Assembly: GCA_943787795.1 (NCBI GenBank)
Contig: CALSNU010000003.1
Coordinates: forward strand, 32,001-96,000
Reading direction: 5' to 3'
Source of the DNA: an uncultured bacterium
Lineage (GTDB): Bacteria; Planctomycetota; UBA1135; GCA-002686595
Length of the DNA: 64,000 bases
The stretch's first letter is position 1. The number at the start of each line of letters is the position of its first letter. Below, piece after piece: positions 26,084 through 36,328 of the stretch. The position numbers were made by a program, and so were the translations under genes. The notes beneath the pieces are model-generated. The model made no database searches and was not told the origin of the DNA. It saw only the letters and a list, made by a program, of their open reading frames with translations.

Positions 26084-28183
26084 TCAGCCCTCGCCTTCGT
26101 GCTCCGCGATGGCTGCGAGGAACACCGGGCCGAGGTCAGCGGCCTTCTTCTCGCCAACGCCCTTGAGCGCCAGGAAGGCCTGCGGAGTGCGGGGCTTGTG
26201 GGCGGCCATGTGAGCGAGGGTCCTGTCGTTGAACAGGATGTAAGGCGGCACGCCGCGCTCCGAGGCGAGGCTGCGCCGCAGCTTGCGGAGGGCCTCGAAC
26301 AGCGAAGCGTCCACGTCCAGGGACTCCTCGCTGGCCACCGCCTCCACCGAACTCCCTCGGCGACGTGAGCCCTTCTTGGCCTGGATCCGTGGGACCAGGA
26401 GGGTCACCTCCTTGTCACCTCGCATGACCTCGACGCCCGAGGCGGTGAGGTGCAGGGTCGGGTAGTTGCCCGACGCCACGCCGATATGCCCCTGCGCGAC
26501 CAGCTGGTCCACCCAGGCGCGGATCTCGCTGGCGGCGTTGTCGCGCATGATCCCGTAGGTGGTGAGCTGGTCATGGCCCTTCTGGCGGACACGCTGGGTG
26601 TCGGCGCCACGCAGGACCTCGGTCACATGCGCCGCCCCGTAGCGCTGGTCGCAGCGGACCACGCAGGAGAGGATCATCTGCGCGACGCGCTGGCTGTCGT
26701 CGACCTTGCGGAGCTCCCCGTGGCAGACGTCGCAGGCGCCGCACTCACCGGCCGCCAGCTCACCGCCGAAGTACTCGACGAGGAAGCGGTGGCGGCAGGA
26801 GCCGCCGTTGGCGAAGTTCCAGAGCTCACCGAGTCGATCCAGGGAGCCGGAGAGCTCATCCATCGCGCCCTCGACGCCCTCCATCTCTGCTTCCTGGGCG
26901 CTGCGCTCCATGATCCCCTTCCAGCCCTGGAAGTCGGATCCGCTGTAGAGCATCAGGCACTCGGAGGGGAGCCCGTCGCGGCCGGCGCGGCCGGTCTCCT
27001 GGCTGTACTGCTCCACGCCCTTGGGGAGGCTCGCGTGGACCACGAAGCGGACGTCCGGACGATCGATGCCCATGCCGAAGGCCACCGTGGCCACGACCAC
27101 ATCGAGGCCCTCGCCAAGGAAGGCCTCCTGGATTCGCGCGCGCTCGCTCGAATCAAGGCCGGCGTGGTACGGCATGGCGCGGACCCCGGCGCGGGCCAGC
27201 TCGCGCGCCAGCTTCTCGGTGTCCTTGCGTCGGATGCAGTAGACGATCCCGGCCTCATCGGGGTGCCGACGCACCACCTCCATCACCTGGTCGAAGAGGT
27301 CGAGGCGGGGGACGACGCGGTAGGTCAGGTTCGCGCGGTCGAAGTCTCCGACCACCCGGACCGGGTCCTTGAGCCCGAGCTCCTCCTCGATATCGCCGCG
27401 GACCCTGGGCGTCGCCGTCGCCGTGAGCGCGATGATGGGCACCTCCGGGCAGCGGGCGCGGAGCTCGCCGATCTGGCGATACTCGGGGCGGAAGTCATGT
27501 CCCCAGTGGCTGATGCAGTGCGCCTCGTCCACGGCGATAGAGGTGAGCCCCGCGCGCTCCAGCTCGCCGTGGAAGCCCTCCACCGCGAGGCGCTCGGGGG
27601 AGACGAACAGGATGTCCAGCTCGCGCCGGTTGAGGGCGCCGCGCACGGCGGAGCGCTCGTCGTCGGCCAGCGCGCTGCTCAGCATGGCGGCGCGCACGCC
27701 GTTGGCGAGCAGGCCGTCGAGCTGGTCCTTCATCAGCGCGATGAGGGGGCTGATCACGAGCGTCAGCCCTGGCCGGACGAGGGCCGGGGCCTGGTAGCAG
27801 AGGCTCTTGCCGCCGCCGGTGGGCAGGATGACGAGCACGTCCCGCCCTTCCAGGGAGGCTCGCATGGCCTCGTCCTGGTACGGCCGCAGGCCCGGGAATC
27901 CCCAGGTCTCATCGACGCGGTGCAGGAGCTCCTGCATGGCGGCGTCCACGTCTTCGATGGGCTCAGGGGCGGTGCTTGAGTTCGTCTCGCCAGCCTCGGC
28001 CAGGAACCAACCATCGTCGTAATCCCGCGCGCTACCGGCGGCGGCGGGGCCGGGAGAATGCCCGGCCTCGTCCTCGAAGAGGCCGGCGATCTCGTTGGCC
28101 GAGGGCTCCGGCTCTGCGGCCCCTCCGTCGGTCTCCCAGGGGCTCACGCCCCCGTGGCCGGAACTGTCACCGCTGCCAATCAT
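26084..28183 (-). CDS. recQ: Canonical RecQ helicase (helicase, Zn-RQC, HRDC) with acidic N-terminal extension
   Basis: PTGGGKS, DEAHCISHWGHDFRP, QETGRAGRDG, CRH...CGACDVC, winged helix, LFEALRKLR...VPPYILF HRDC; start uncertain (28183 or 28243). Confidence 0.93.
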   Translation of the reverse strand: MIGSGDSSGHGGVSPWETDGGAAEPEPSANEIAGLFEDEAGHSPGPAAAGSARDYDDGWFLAEAGETNSSTAPEPIEDVDAAMQELLHRVDETWGFPGLRPYQDEAMRASLEGRDVLVILPTGGGKSLCYQAPALVRPGLTLVISPLIALMKDQLDGLLANGVRAAMLSSALADDERSAVRGALNRRELDILFVSPERLAVEGFHGELERAGLTSIAVDEAHCISHWGHDFRPEYRQIGELRARCPEVPIIALTATATPRVRGDIEEELGLKDPVRVVGDFDRANLTYRVVPRLDLFDQVMEVVRRHPDEAGIVYCIRRKDTEKLARELARAGVRAMPYHAGLDSSERARIQEAFLGEGLDVVVATVAFGMGIDRPDVRFVVHASLPKGVEQYSQETGRAGRDGLPSECLMLYSGSDFQGWKGIMERSAQEAEMEGVEGAMDELSGSLDRLGELWNFANGGSCRHRFLVEYFGGELAAGECGACDVCHGELRKVDDSQRVAQMILSCVVRCDQRYGAAHVTEVLRGADTQRVRQKGHDQLTTYGIMRDNAASEIRAWVDQLVAQGHIGVASGNYPTLHLTASGVEVMRGDKEVTLLVPRIQAKKGSRRRGSSVEAVASEESLDVDASLFEALRKLRRSLASERGVPPYILFNDRTLAHMAAHKPRTPQAFLALKGVGEKKAADLGPVFLAAIAEHEGEG

Positions 28184-28285
28184 CTGAACCCCTTCAAAGC
28201 AGGCATCTGAACCCCCTGAACACAGGGACCGATCCCAACGCATGGCGGTGACGGTTCAAGACAATCCGCACGGAAGTCTCGGGTG

Positions 28286-31200
28286 TCAGTGCGATTCTGT
28301 CGCCGGGAGCGTCACTTCGACGCGCTGAATGGCACCGGAGCGGGACCAGATTCCGCTGCTCGTGTGGGCGTCCAGCTCCTTGGAGTCGTGGCTCGTTGAC
28401 GTCCCGTCGGCGGCGATCAGGACAACCCTGGCGGCGGCGCCGCGCCGGACCACAAACGGGACCCCGCAGTGGGAGGTGGCCAGGGCGCCGGCGGGGACGT
28501 CAACCAGGTCGCCGCTGGGGGAGCGCATGGTCCCGGCCGCCTCGCGGAGCTCAGGGTCATGGAGCAGGGCGCCGTCAAAGTGCATGCGCCCGCCCTTGAT
28601 GCGGAGGCCGACCTCACCGATCCGGGAGAGCAGGTCCTCCTTGACCTGCCCGCTCATGCCGGGCTGCCGCGCGCCCCCGTCGGCTTGCGAGTGGGAGTAG
28701 GGCTCGGAGGGGAACGCCCCGAAGTCCTCAGGTGACTTGTGCGTGCCCAGTCCGGCCCGGGCAGCGCGGTAGTGCCGCAGCAGGGCGGCGCTGACCTCCG
28801 CGGGCTCACCCTGGTCGAGGGCGCACCAGAGGGTCTCCTGGATCGAGAGGATCAGCTTCGACGCCATGTGCCAGAACGTGCAGCCCAGCCCCTCGTAGCC
28901 AAAGAAGGTGCCGGAGCGTCCCGTGAAGGCTGCGTGGTCGAAGACGGTCTCGTACTCCTCGAGGAGCGCGGCTCGATCGCGCTCCACCGAGGCCGACAGG
29001 GCGCCGCCAGCCAGGGCGTCGAGGGCGGTGGAGAGGGCGGCCGCGCTTTGGAGACTCGGGGCGAACCGGACGCACTCGGCGCCAGCGCGGACCACGGAGC
29101 GGTCCCCGGACTCGAGCAGCTCCCGGATGAGCGGCACGCGCTCCTCGGCGCCCTCGTGGAGCACTCCCTTGTCCAGCAGGCCGGGTAGATCCCGGTCCGG
29201 GTAGAGCAGATAAGTGTCCAGGTCCTCGCGGTGGAGCGGGCTCGCTCGGAGCGCGTCCAGGAGCGCCACAGCCTCGGCGCCGCGGACGATGCCTGCGGAG
29301 AGCGCTGCCACCTGGCCTTCGAGCATGAGAGGCAGGTGGCGGACGCGGATCTCCGCCTCACCAAAGGCCACGAGGTCATAGCCGTGGAAGAGCCCATCCT
29401 CACGCACGTTGGCGTCCGCGGTGGCCTTCAGCCACGTCGTGGCCGCGGTGAAGAGGCGGCTCAGGATCGCGGCATGAGCCGTCTCCAGGCCGTCACCAGC
29501 GTCCCCGTAGACGGCGACTCGGTGGCGCTCGCCGGCTCGCCCGAGGGCCTCGGTGGTGCTCCACCGGGCGGCGGGATCCGAGGTCGCGAGGTCGGGGTCC
29601 TCGGCCTCGAGGGCGGCGACGATGTCATCGAGGAACTGGCGCGTCCGCGTCGAGAGCGACAGCGACCCGGCGCCCGCGAGGATGCTGGCCAGGACCTCGG
29701 TGTGACGGAACATGGCGCAGGTGGTCACGACCGAGGCGCCGGAGCCCACGAGGGCGTTGTTAGCGTCGTTCCACTCCGGCCGCTGCGCGTTCATCCAGAT
29801 CCCCGCGCCTGGGACCAGGTTGGAGAGCTTGGCCAGGAAGGGGACCAGCAGCTTCTCCTCGAGCGTGGTGCGGACGAGCCCGCCGTCGGAGTCGTGGACG
29901 AGCTTGCCGTCGGCGCCCTCGCGGTCCACGCGCTCGCCAGCGACCCACGCGCGGTCGTTGTCGTAGTCCACGGTCTCCTGCGGATTGCGGACGAGGTCGT
30001 CGAAGCCGCGGATCCGGTAGGGGACGTCGGCGTGGACGAAGATGGCCCTGCCGAGGAGTCCAGCCATGCGCCCGGGGTAGTGCTCCTCGAGGCGCTCGAT
30101 GAGGCGGGTCAGGTAGACGATCTGGTGGTCGCCCCAGTACCCGATGTACGACCAGGGGTCGTTCTGGTCGTGCACCTCCCAGTCGAGCCCCTCGCTCGTG
30201 ATGCGATAGGGGTTGTAGCCGTCGGCGGTGCTCGCGTTCAGGAAGCGCACGATGAACGCCTCCAGGTAGGTGGGGTTGGCGAGGCCGAGGGCCTCCCAGT
30301 TCTGGAAGATGTCCCGCCAGTTGCCCTGGTACCCGAAAGTCAGCTCGCCGTGCTCTCCGCGCACGTCGATGGAGAAGGTGTTCCACGGGCGGCTCGGATC
30401 CCCGTGCCTGCGGCTGAAGGCGAGCGGCAGGAACTCACGCAGGTGACGCTCCAGGTCGGGATCGGCGGCCGTGTCGGCCAGGAGCTCTCCGACCGTCCAC
30501 TCGTCGGGCCAGCCCGCGATGCGGTCCGCGTGGCGCGCGAAGACGGCCGGGGCGACGGCCGACAGGTGGTCGATGAAGGCCGCGCGCGGCTGGCGTGTTC
30601 CGAGGGGGAACAGCCCGCCACGCATGGTGTTGTAGAGGGTGTTGGCCGCGTGGCGAGCGTCCTCGGCGTCGCTGGCGGTGCACTGCAGTCCGTCCGCGTC
30701 GGCGAGGAGTTCAAGGAGCGTCTCGCGGCTGCGGCGGACCCCGTCGAGGACCTCCTCGGCGGGGTCCTCGGTCTCCAGCTGCCAGGCGAGGAGTGTCTCC
30801 ACGTCGTCGGCGCTTTGGTCGACCTCGAGGGTCATGACCCAGGAGGCACTGGCCCCGGGCCCGAGCTCCAGGGGCTGCTCGATCAGGAACGCGCTGCGCT
30901 TCCCGCGGACGAGGTTCTCCTCTTCCAGGGCGTCTCCGCGGCGGAACGCAGCCTGCTGCTGGGTGCTGAGCAGCCGCGTCCCGGCGGCGGAGCACCAGGC
31001 GCTGGTGGAGGCGAGGCTCTCGCTGGGCTCGGCGCGGTCTACCGGGATGGAGCCGAGGCCAAAGAGCGCGACGCCGTCGGCGAGCTCGGAGAACCGGTAG
31101 GCGTCCACGAGGACGCTGTAGGCGTCCATCATCGACTTCTCGATGGCGGGGGGCATGACGTCGAGCACGCCGTCGAGCACCTCGAGGCTGCGCGTGACCT

Positions 31201-31699
31201 CGCCGGTGTTGGTCACGCGAACGGTCCGTACGACCCCGTGCTCCTCGCTGCTCGTCCAGCACTGGCGGACGGACAGGCCGAGGGTGTGGTTGTGCTCGAT
31301 GAGCGCGAGGGCGCTCCCGAGGGTGCAGCGCTCCAGATCCTGAGACACGTCGAATACGCCGGCGCCGCGCTGGGAGAACGGCTCCCAGATCGTCCCGTCC
31401 GGCAGGCGAACGATGGTCGAGCCGCCCACGGAGCCCTCCGCGTCGTGGATTCGATCCACGGTGCGGTACGGGAAGAGCGCCTGGTCGACGTTGCGCCGGC
31501 CGGCCGTGAGGGCGCCCTTGCTGGAGATGAAGCCCCAGTGGTCCGAGCCCGAGGCGAGCGTCGTGAGGAACGGCGCCATGCGATCCGCGCAGCGAATGCG
31601 CGCCCAACGGAAGCCGCCGTCGGAGTCCTTGTCGCCGGCGGCGTCGCTGGTGACGAAGTCTCCGGCGATCGCTCGGCTGTTGGTGGCGAACGGGGTCAT
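28286..31699 (-). CDS. GH149-like beta-1,3-glucan phosphorylase
   Basis: 1137 aa; FSRRHGDPSRPWN, GNWRDIFQNWEAL, WSYIGYWGDHQI, QRPEWNDANNALVG, FTGRSGTFFGYEGLG, QPGMSGQVKED; adjacent to a GH16 gene. Confidence 0.8.
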   Translation of the reverse strand: MTPFATNSRAIAGDFVTSDAAGDKDSDGGFRWARIRCADRMAPFLTTLASGSDHWGFISSKGALTAGRRNVDQALFPYRTVDRIHDAEGSVGGSTIVRLPDGTIWEPFSQRGAGVFDVSQDLERCTLGSALALIEHNHTLGLSVRQCWTSSEEHGVVRTVRVTNTGEVTRSLEVLDGVLDVMPPAIEKSMMDAYSVLVDAYRFSELADGVALFGLGSIPVDRAEPSESLASTSAWCSAAGTRLLSTQQQAAFRRGDALEEENLVRGKRSAFLIEQPLELGPGASASWVMTLEVDQSADDVETLLAWQLETEDPAEEVLDGVRRSRETLLELLADADGLQCTASDAEDARHAANTLYNTMRGGLFPLGTRQPRAAFIDHLSAVAPAVFARHADRIAGWPDEWTVGELLADTAADPDLERHLREFLPLAFSRRHGDPSRPWNTFSIDVRGEHGELTFGYQGNWRDIFQNWEALGLANPTYLEAFIVRFLNASTADGYNPYRITSEGLDWEVHDQNDPWSYIGYWGDHQIVYLTRLIERLEEHYPGRMAGLLGRAIFVHADVPYRIRGFDDLVRNPQETVDYDNDRAWVAGERVDREGADGKLVHDSDGGLVRTTLEEKLLVPFLAKLSNLVPGAGIWMNAQRPEWNDANNALVGSGASVVTTCAMFRHTEVLASILAGAGSLSLSTRTRQFLDDIVAALEAEDPDLATSDPAARWSTTEALGRAGERHRVAVYGDAGDGLETAHAAILSRLFTAATTWLKATADANVREDGLFHGYDLVAFGEAEIRVRHLPLMLEGQVAALSAGIVRGAEAVALLDALRASPLHREDLDTYLLYPDRDLPGLLDKGVLHEGAEERVPLIRELLESGDRSVVRAGAECVRFAPSLQSAAALSTALDALAGGALSASVERDRAALLEEYETVFDHAAFTGRSGTFFGYEGLGCTFWHMASKLILSIQETLWCALDQGEPAEVSAALLRHYRAARAGLGTHKSPEDFGAFPSEPYSHSQADGGARQPGMSGQVKEDLLSRIGEVGLRIKGGRMHFDGALLHDPELREAAGTMRSPSGDLVDVPAGALATSHCGVPFVVRRGAAARVVLIAADGTSTSHDSKELDAHTSSGIWSRSGAIQRVEVTLPATESH

Positions 31700-32967
31700 C
31701 GCTTCTCTAGGACGCGGACGTAGTCCACCACGACCTGCTGTGAGCCAATCTCAGGGGCGATGGCGCCGCCCATTCCACCGCCCATGGCGAGGTTGATGAT
31801 GATGTTCTGAGGGCGGTCGAAGGGCCACGCCTCGGCGGACTCCTTCTTGTCGTAGGTGTAGTAGTGGACCCCGTCCACGTACATCCGCACCTCGTCCTCG
31901 TCCCACTCACAGGCGTACACGTGGAAGTCGGTGCTCATCCCGTCGACGGGCAGCACGTTGGTGATGTGGTTGCCCTGCTTGAAGTAGTACGCGCGGGTGT
32001 GGCACGACCCATGGTTGATGCCGTGGCCCGTCTCGTCGTCGATCTCCTTGCCGACGGCCTCCATGATGTCCACCTCGCCGCAGTAAGGCCACGAGACCTC
32101 GTCGCGGTAGTCGTCCCCGAGCAGCCAGCCAGCGGCCCAGGTGCCGTCGGCGGCGGGGACCTTGGCGCGCATCTCGATGCGGCCCCGCAGGAAGCTCACC
32201 TTGCCGCGCGTGGTCAGGCGCGCCGAGGTCCAGGCCATTCCGCCGTCGTCCGGGCGTGCCTCGATGATGAGGTTGCCGCCCTCCTGGCGAGCGTTGTCCG
32301 TGTCCGCCACCGTGTAGTACTGCGGCTCGAAGTTGCCCCAGCCCCAGTTGCCCACGTCGTGGAGCCACTTCGTCTGATCAGGGAGCCCCTCGCCGCTGAA
32401 TTCGTCGGCCCATACCACGGCCCACTCATCGCCCGTCATGGACTGGGTCATGGAGCGGGGGGTGATCTGCTGGGGACGGATCATGGTGAACCGCACCCCG
32501 GTCACCGTCACGGCGCCCCCGTCATGGTGGAGGCGCATGCGGTGGAGCCCCGCGTCGAGGGGGGAGCCGTCCCTCGACGGGGTCAGCGCGGCCTCGGAGG
32601 CGACCATGGGCCCCGTGACGTTGTAGGAGCGGCCGTCCTTGTTCCCCACGCGGTCTTCGACCCAGGTGGTGAAGCCGCCCTCCGGCCCGTCCGTGAACGT
32701 GACCTCGGTGCGCCAGCGGCCGCACTCGGGGAACGTGGCCACGAAGTCGATCCACCCCGAGGCCTCGGGGTGGCGTACGCCGCCGTCTCTGGCCTCGAGC
32801 GGACCCGCCGAGCTGACGGAGCCCGCGGGGAAGAGGACCTCCACCGAGACCGCGTCATCGGCCACGACCGCGGGGGTTGCCCAGGCCGGGGAGTCGGCCG
32901 TGATCGCGTTGGAGGAGGGGCTGGCGCAGGAGGCCAGCAGCAGGGGAAGGAGGAGAGCGTGGCGCAT
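31696..32967 (-). CDS. GH16 endo-beta-1,3-glucanase (laminarinase) lipoprotein with N-terminal CBM-like domain
   Basis: Lipobox LASC, VWADEF, WGNFEPQYY, SARLTT, WPYCGEVDIME (EXDXXE), NLAMGG, VDYVRV; start ATG 32967. Confidence 0.9.
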   Translation of the reverse strand: MRHALLLPLLLASCASPSSNAITADSPAWATPAVVADDAVSVEVLFPAGSVSSAGPLEARDGGVRHPEASGWIDFVATFPECGRWRTEVTFTDGPEGGFTTWVEDRVGNKDGRSYNVTGPMVASEAALTPSRDGSPLDAGLHRMRLHHDGGAVTVTGVRFTMIRPQQITPRSMTQSMTGDEWAVVWADEFSGEGLPDQTKWLHDVGNWGWGNFEPQYYTVADTDNARQEGGNLIIEARPDDGGMAWTSARLTTRGKVSFLRGRIEMRAKVPAADGTWAAGWLLGDDYRDEVSWPYCGEVDIMEAVGKEIDDETGHGINHGSCHTRAYYFKQGNHITNVLPVDGMSTDFHVYACEWDEDEVRMYVDGVHYYTYDKKESAEAWPFDRPQNIIINLAMGGGMGGAIAPEIGSQQVVVDYVRVLEKR

Positions 32968-32969
32968 GA

Positions 32970-34619
32970 TCAACCGATGAGCTGGGCCTCCAGCTCTTCG
33001 AGGGACTTGCCCTTGGTCTCGGGGACGACCTTGAGGCTGAAGAGGAACGCGAGGGCGGCGAAGACGCCGAAGAAGAGGAAGACGCCCGCGGGCCCGAACT
33101 CGGCGAGTCCGGAGGGGAACAGCTTCTGGACGGCGTACGAGACCAGCGAGTTGAAGAACCCCGCGGCTGAGATCGCCACGCCGCGCATGCGCGCGGGGAA
33201 GATCTCGGAGAACATCGCCCACATCACGGGGCCCAGCGAGATCGCGAAGGCGGCGATGTAGAGCAGAATCGCGGCGAGGATCAGCTTCCCGTTGACCTGG
33301 AGGGCCTTCATCGGGAGGCCCTGCCGCATCGAGCCGATGGACTCGGCGTAGGGCGTCTGGGCAGCGGCGACCTGGTCCACCGCGGCGATGAATTCGTTGC
33401 GGGAGCCGTAGCTCTCGGTGAGTGGCGCGAGCGCGGCTCTCGCCCCCTCGAGATCAGGGGGCAGCTCAGGGTTCTCGATGCCGTCCGCCGTGAGCTCTGG
33501 CCCCGCCGCGTCGAGAGCGACGCTCTCGGCGACCGCCTCCAGCTTCGCCCCGGAGAGCTGATAGCTGCCGGCGTTGAAGGCGTAGGCGTTGGTGAAGAGC
33601 GCGATCGTCATGGCCGCGGTGCCGACGAGGAGCAGAGGCTTGCGGCCCGCCCTGTCGATCAGGCGCATGGCGATCAGCGTGAAGGCGACGTTGACCAGGC
33701 CAACGTAGATGGCCTGGACCAGGGATGCGTCCCGACCTGCGCCGGTCAGCTCGAAGATCGTCGTGGCGTAGTAGAAGATCGCGTTGATCCCGGTGATCTG
33801 CTGGAAGAAGCCGAGGCCGAGCCCGATCAGCATCACCAGGCGCATCCGCGACGCGAACAGCTCGCCGTAGCCCGCGTCGCCCTGGGCGGAGCTGAGGTTC
33901 TCCCGGACCTCCGCGAGGGCAGCGTCGGCGGAGGCCTCGCCGCCGGTCTTGGCAAGGACGATGCGGGCCTCGTCGAAGCGTCCCCGGATGGCGAGCCACC
34001 GGGGGCTGCGCGGGACGAGGAGGAGGGAGGCGAGGTACAGGACCGCCGGGATGGCCTCGACGCCGAGCATCCAGCGCCACGCCGTCGGGTCCACGACCAT
34101 CGCCTCCGGATTCGCGGGCGTGGGGGCGGGGATCTTGAAGTACTGCTCGAGGAAGTAGTTCGAGAAGAACGCGGCGGAGAAGCCCAGGACGATGTTGAGC
34201 TGGTTGAACGACACCAGGCGGCCCCGCTTCTCGGGCGGCGCGATCTCCGCGATATACATCGGGGCGATCAGGAGCGCCCCTCCAACGCCGAACCCACCGA
34301 TGACTCGGGCGACCACGAGCTCGGTGTAGCTCCCTGCAAAGGCGCTCCACAAGGCCGACACGGAGAAGAGCGCCGCCGTGAAGATCAGGACTGGTTTTCG
34401 GCCCAGCGCGTCGGCGATTCGCCCAGCGACGGCCATGGCCAGGGTCGCGCCTGCGGTGAGGCATGCCACCGCGGTGCCCACCTGACCCGGGGTCAGGTCA
34501 AAGTGGCTCTTGAGCGGGTCGACGACGCCGGAGATGACCGCGCTGTCGAAGCCCATGAGGAAGCCGCCGAGGGCGACGGTCAGCGAGACCAGGAGCGTGT
34601 AGCTGGAACGATCGTTCAT
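32970..34619 (-). CDS. Sugar porter family MFS transporter
   Basis: GGFLMGFDSAVISG, DALGRK, PMYIAEIAP..RG, PRSPRWL, QQITGINAIFYY, SEIFP, VPETKGKSLEE. Confidence 0.95.
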   Translation of the reverse strand: MNDRSSYTLLVSLTVALGGFLMGFDSAVISGVVDPLKSHFDLTPGQVGTAVACLTAGATLAMAVAGRIADALGRKPVLIFTAALFSVSALWSAFAGSYTELVVARVIGGFGVGGALLIAPMYIAEIAPPEKRGRLVSFNQLNIVLGFSAAFFSNYFLEQYFKIPAPTPANPEAMVVDPTAWRWMLGVEAIPAVLYLASLLLVPRSPRWLAIRGRFDEARIVLAKTGGEASADAALAEVRENLSSAQGDAGYGELFASRMRLVMLIGLGLGFFQQITGINAIFYYATTIFELTGAGRDASLVQAIYVGLVNVAFTLIAMRLIDRAGRKPLLLVGTAAMTIALFTNAYAFNAGSYQLSGAKLEAVAESVALDAAGPELTADGIENPELPPDLEGARAALAPLTESYGSRNEFIAAVDQVAAAQTPYAESIGSMRQGLPMKALQVNGKLILAAILLYIAAFAISLGPVMWAMFSEIFPARMRGVAISAAGFFNSLVSYAVQKLFPSGLAEFGPAGVFLFFGVFAALAFLFSLKVVPETKGKSLEELEAQLIG

Positions 34620-34819
34620 GATGGCCCGGGATCTTAGTGGATCGCGGGTGCTGGCGCGTCAGTGGAGGACGGCGTCGAGGCGATGGGGGAGGCCGATGCA
34701 AGCTCCCTGGGGCTCGCCTGAGACTCGCGATCTATGAACACGCTCATCGCACCCCGGGTGGGAGCACGATGAGCGCGATCGAACTCTTCAGATCGCTCCC
34801 CCGAGGGGGAGCTGGCGCA

Positions 34820-36016
34820 TCACTGGAAGGTGACCTCGACGCCGTCGGTGAAGTTGCTCGTCGCCGAGCCGCCCACCGCGTCGCGGTACCAGGTGGTGAA
34901 GTTCCAGGTCTCGCCGGCCTGAGCAGCGACCAGCCCCGTCGGGGTCGGCATCTGGTTCAGGTTCAGCGGGAGCGTGAAGGACCCCGCGCTGCCCGAGTTC
35001 AGGATCTGGCCCGGGCCCACGTAGCGCCCGATCGCGCCGCTGAGGCAGAGGTTGCCCTGGCTGCCGCCGGGGTTCGTGACGAAGCCCTGAACCTGGCTCG
35101 TGAGGTAGAAGCCGAACGAGTTGTTCGGGAGGCTGGAGGCGACCAGGGACATGTTGTTGTCCGCGAGGGTGAGGCTGCCGCTGGCGATGATGTTGCCGAT
35201 CACGCCGGTCGAGTTGGCCACGCCCGTGCAGTAGTTCACGCCGACGTTGCTCGAGGGCTCGCCCCGCGCGATGACGAGGTCGTCCCAGAAGAAGTGCGTG
35301 CCGGAGCCGCCGGAGTTGAGGCGAATCTCGTCCCACCGGAGGTCCCCGATGAGGCCGTCCAGGTTCGGAAGCTCGCTCGTGGGGTAATCCGCGACCGGGT
35401 CAACCCACATGCGAACGCGCTCGTCGCCCGGCTGGTGATCGATCCGGAAGACGAGCTTCGCGCAGACCGAGGCGTCCGTGCTGAAGTCGTACTCCGGGGG
35501 CAGGCCCACGCCGCCCTCGTCATCCCAGCCCCAGTTCCAGGACGAGGTTCCCCAGGGAGAGCCGAGGAGCAGTTGCTCGTTGGAGGGGTCCTGGGTGCTG
35601 AACAGCTGCACGGCGCCGAAGGAGCCGTTGCCGAACTGCTGGTACATCTGCGTCCGGAAGGAGATCCAGATGGTCGAGCCGTCGGCGCCAAAGAAGCCGC
35701 TCTCAACCACGCTTGAGTGCCCTGTCTGGTCCGGAACGCGCGCCGCCGCGACGAATTCCTGGGCCTGCCCGGCGTAGTTGCCGACGGCGTCCGCGCAGGT
35801 CATCGGCGGGTTGACTGACGGGTCAAAGATGACGACCTCGTTGCCGCCCCCGGCGGGGAGGTCCCAGGCGGTGCTCCAGCCGGTGCCTGTGTTGGCGTTC
35901 TGGAGGAGTCCCGGCGCCGTGTAGTCAAATTGCTCGACGGAGATGACGGTGACCTGAGCGGCCGCGACCGACGTGAGGCCGAGCGCTACGGGGATGATGC
36001 TTGAGAGAAACTTCAT
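34820..36016 (-). CDS. Secreted protein: beta-rich N-terminal domain plus conserved 140-aa C-terminal domain
   Basis: Signal peptide MKFLSS...AAA|Q; C-terminal domain NYC...GNLCL.G.IGRYVGPGQI...WYRD...SNFTDG. Confidence 0.85.
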   Translation of the reverse strand: MKFLSSIIPVALGLTSVAAAQVTVISVEQFDYTAPGLLQNANTGTGWSTAWDLPAGGGNEVVIFDPSVNPPMTCADAVGNYAGQAQEFVAAARVPDQTGHSSVVESGFFGADGSTIWISFRTQMYQQFGNGSFGAVQLFSTQDPSNEQLLLGSPWGTSSWNWGWDDEGGVGLPPEYDFSTDASVCAKLVFRIDHQPGDERVRMWVDPVADYPTSELPNLDGLIGDLRWDEIRLNSGGSGTHFFWDDLVIARGEPSSNVGVNYCTGVANSTGVIGNIIASGSLTLADNNMSLVASSLPNNSFGFYLTSQVQGFVTNPGGSQGNLCLSGAIGRYVGPGQILNSGSAGSFTLPLNLNQMPTPTGLVAAQAGETWNFTTWYRDAVGGSATSNFTDGVEVTFQ

Positions 36017-36328
36017 GGGGCGAGACGGATTGAACGAGTCGAAGAGGTTGCTAGAGGGTCGATAATCGAGCGATGGGGAGTCGATCTGGCGCGGAGCGCC
36101 TGATTGAAAAATACTCGCTCACGACACGTGATAGTGGGCGCGGCCTTCGCCCATCACGCTCAGGTCTCGAAACCGCCCCGATTTGGAGGCAAAAACTGCG
36201 TCCACATGTCGCAGTCTGGCCTGGAGGGGGCTGGGAGGCCGTCTCCTCTTTGACCGGGCTCTTGATTCGCTCTTGATTCCCGATGGGTGGGGCAAGGTCC
36301 GGCGGCGAGTCGCTAGAACCAGAGCGCC

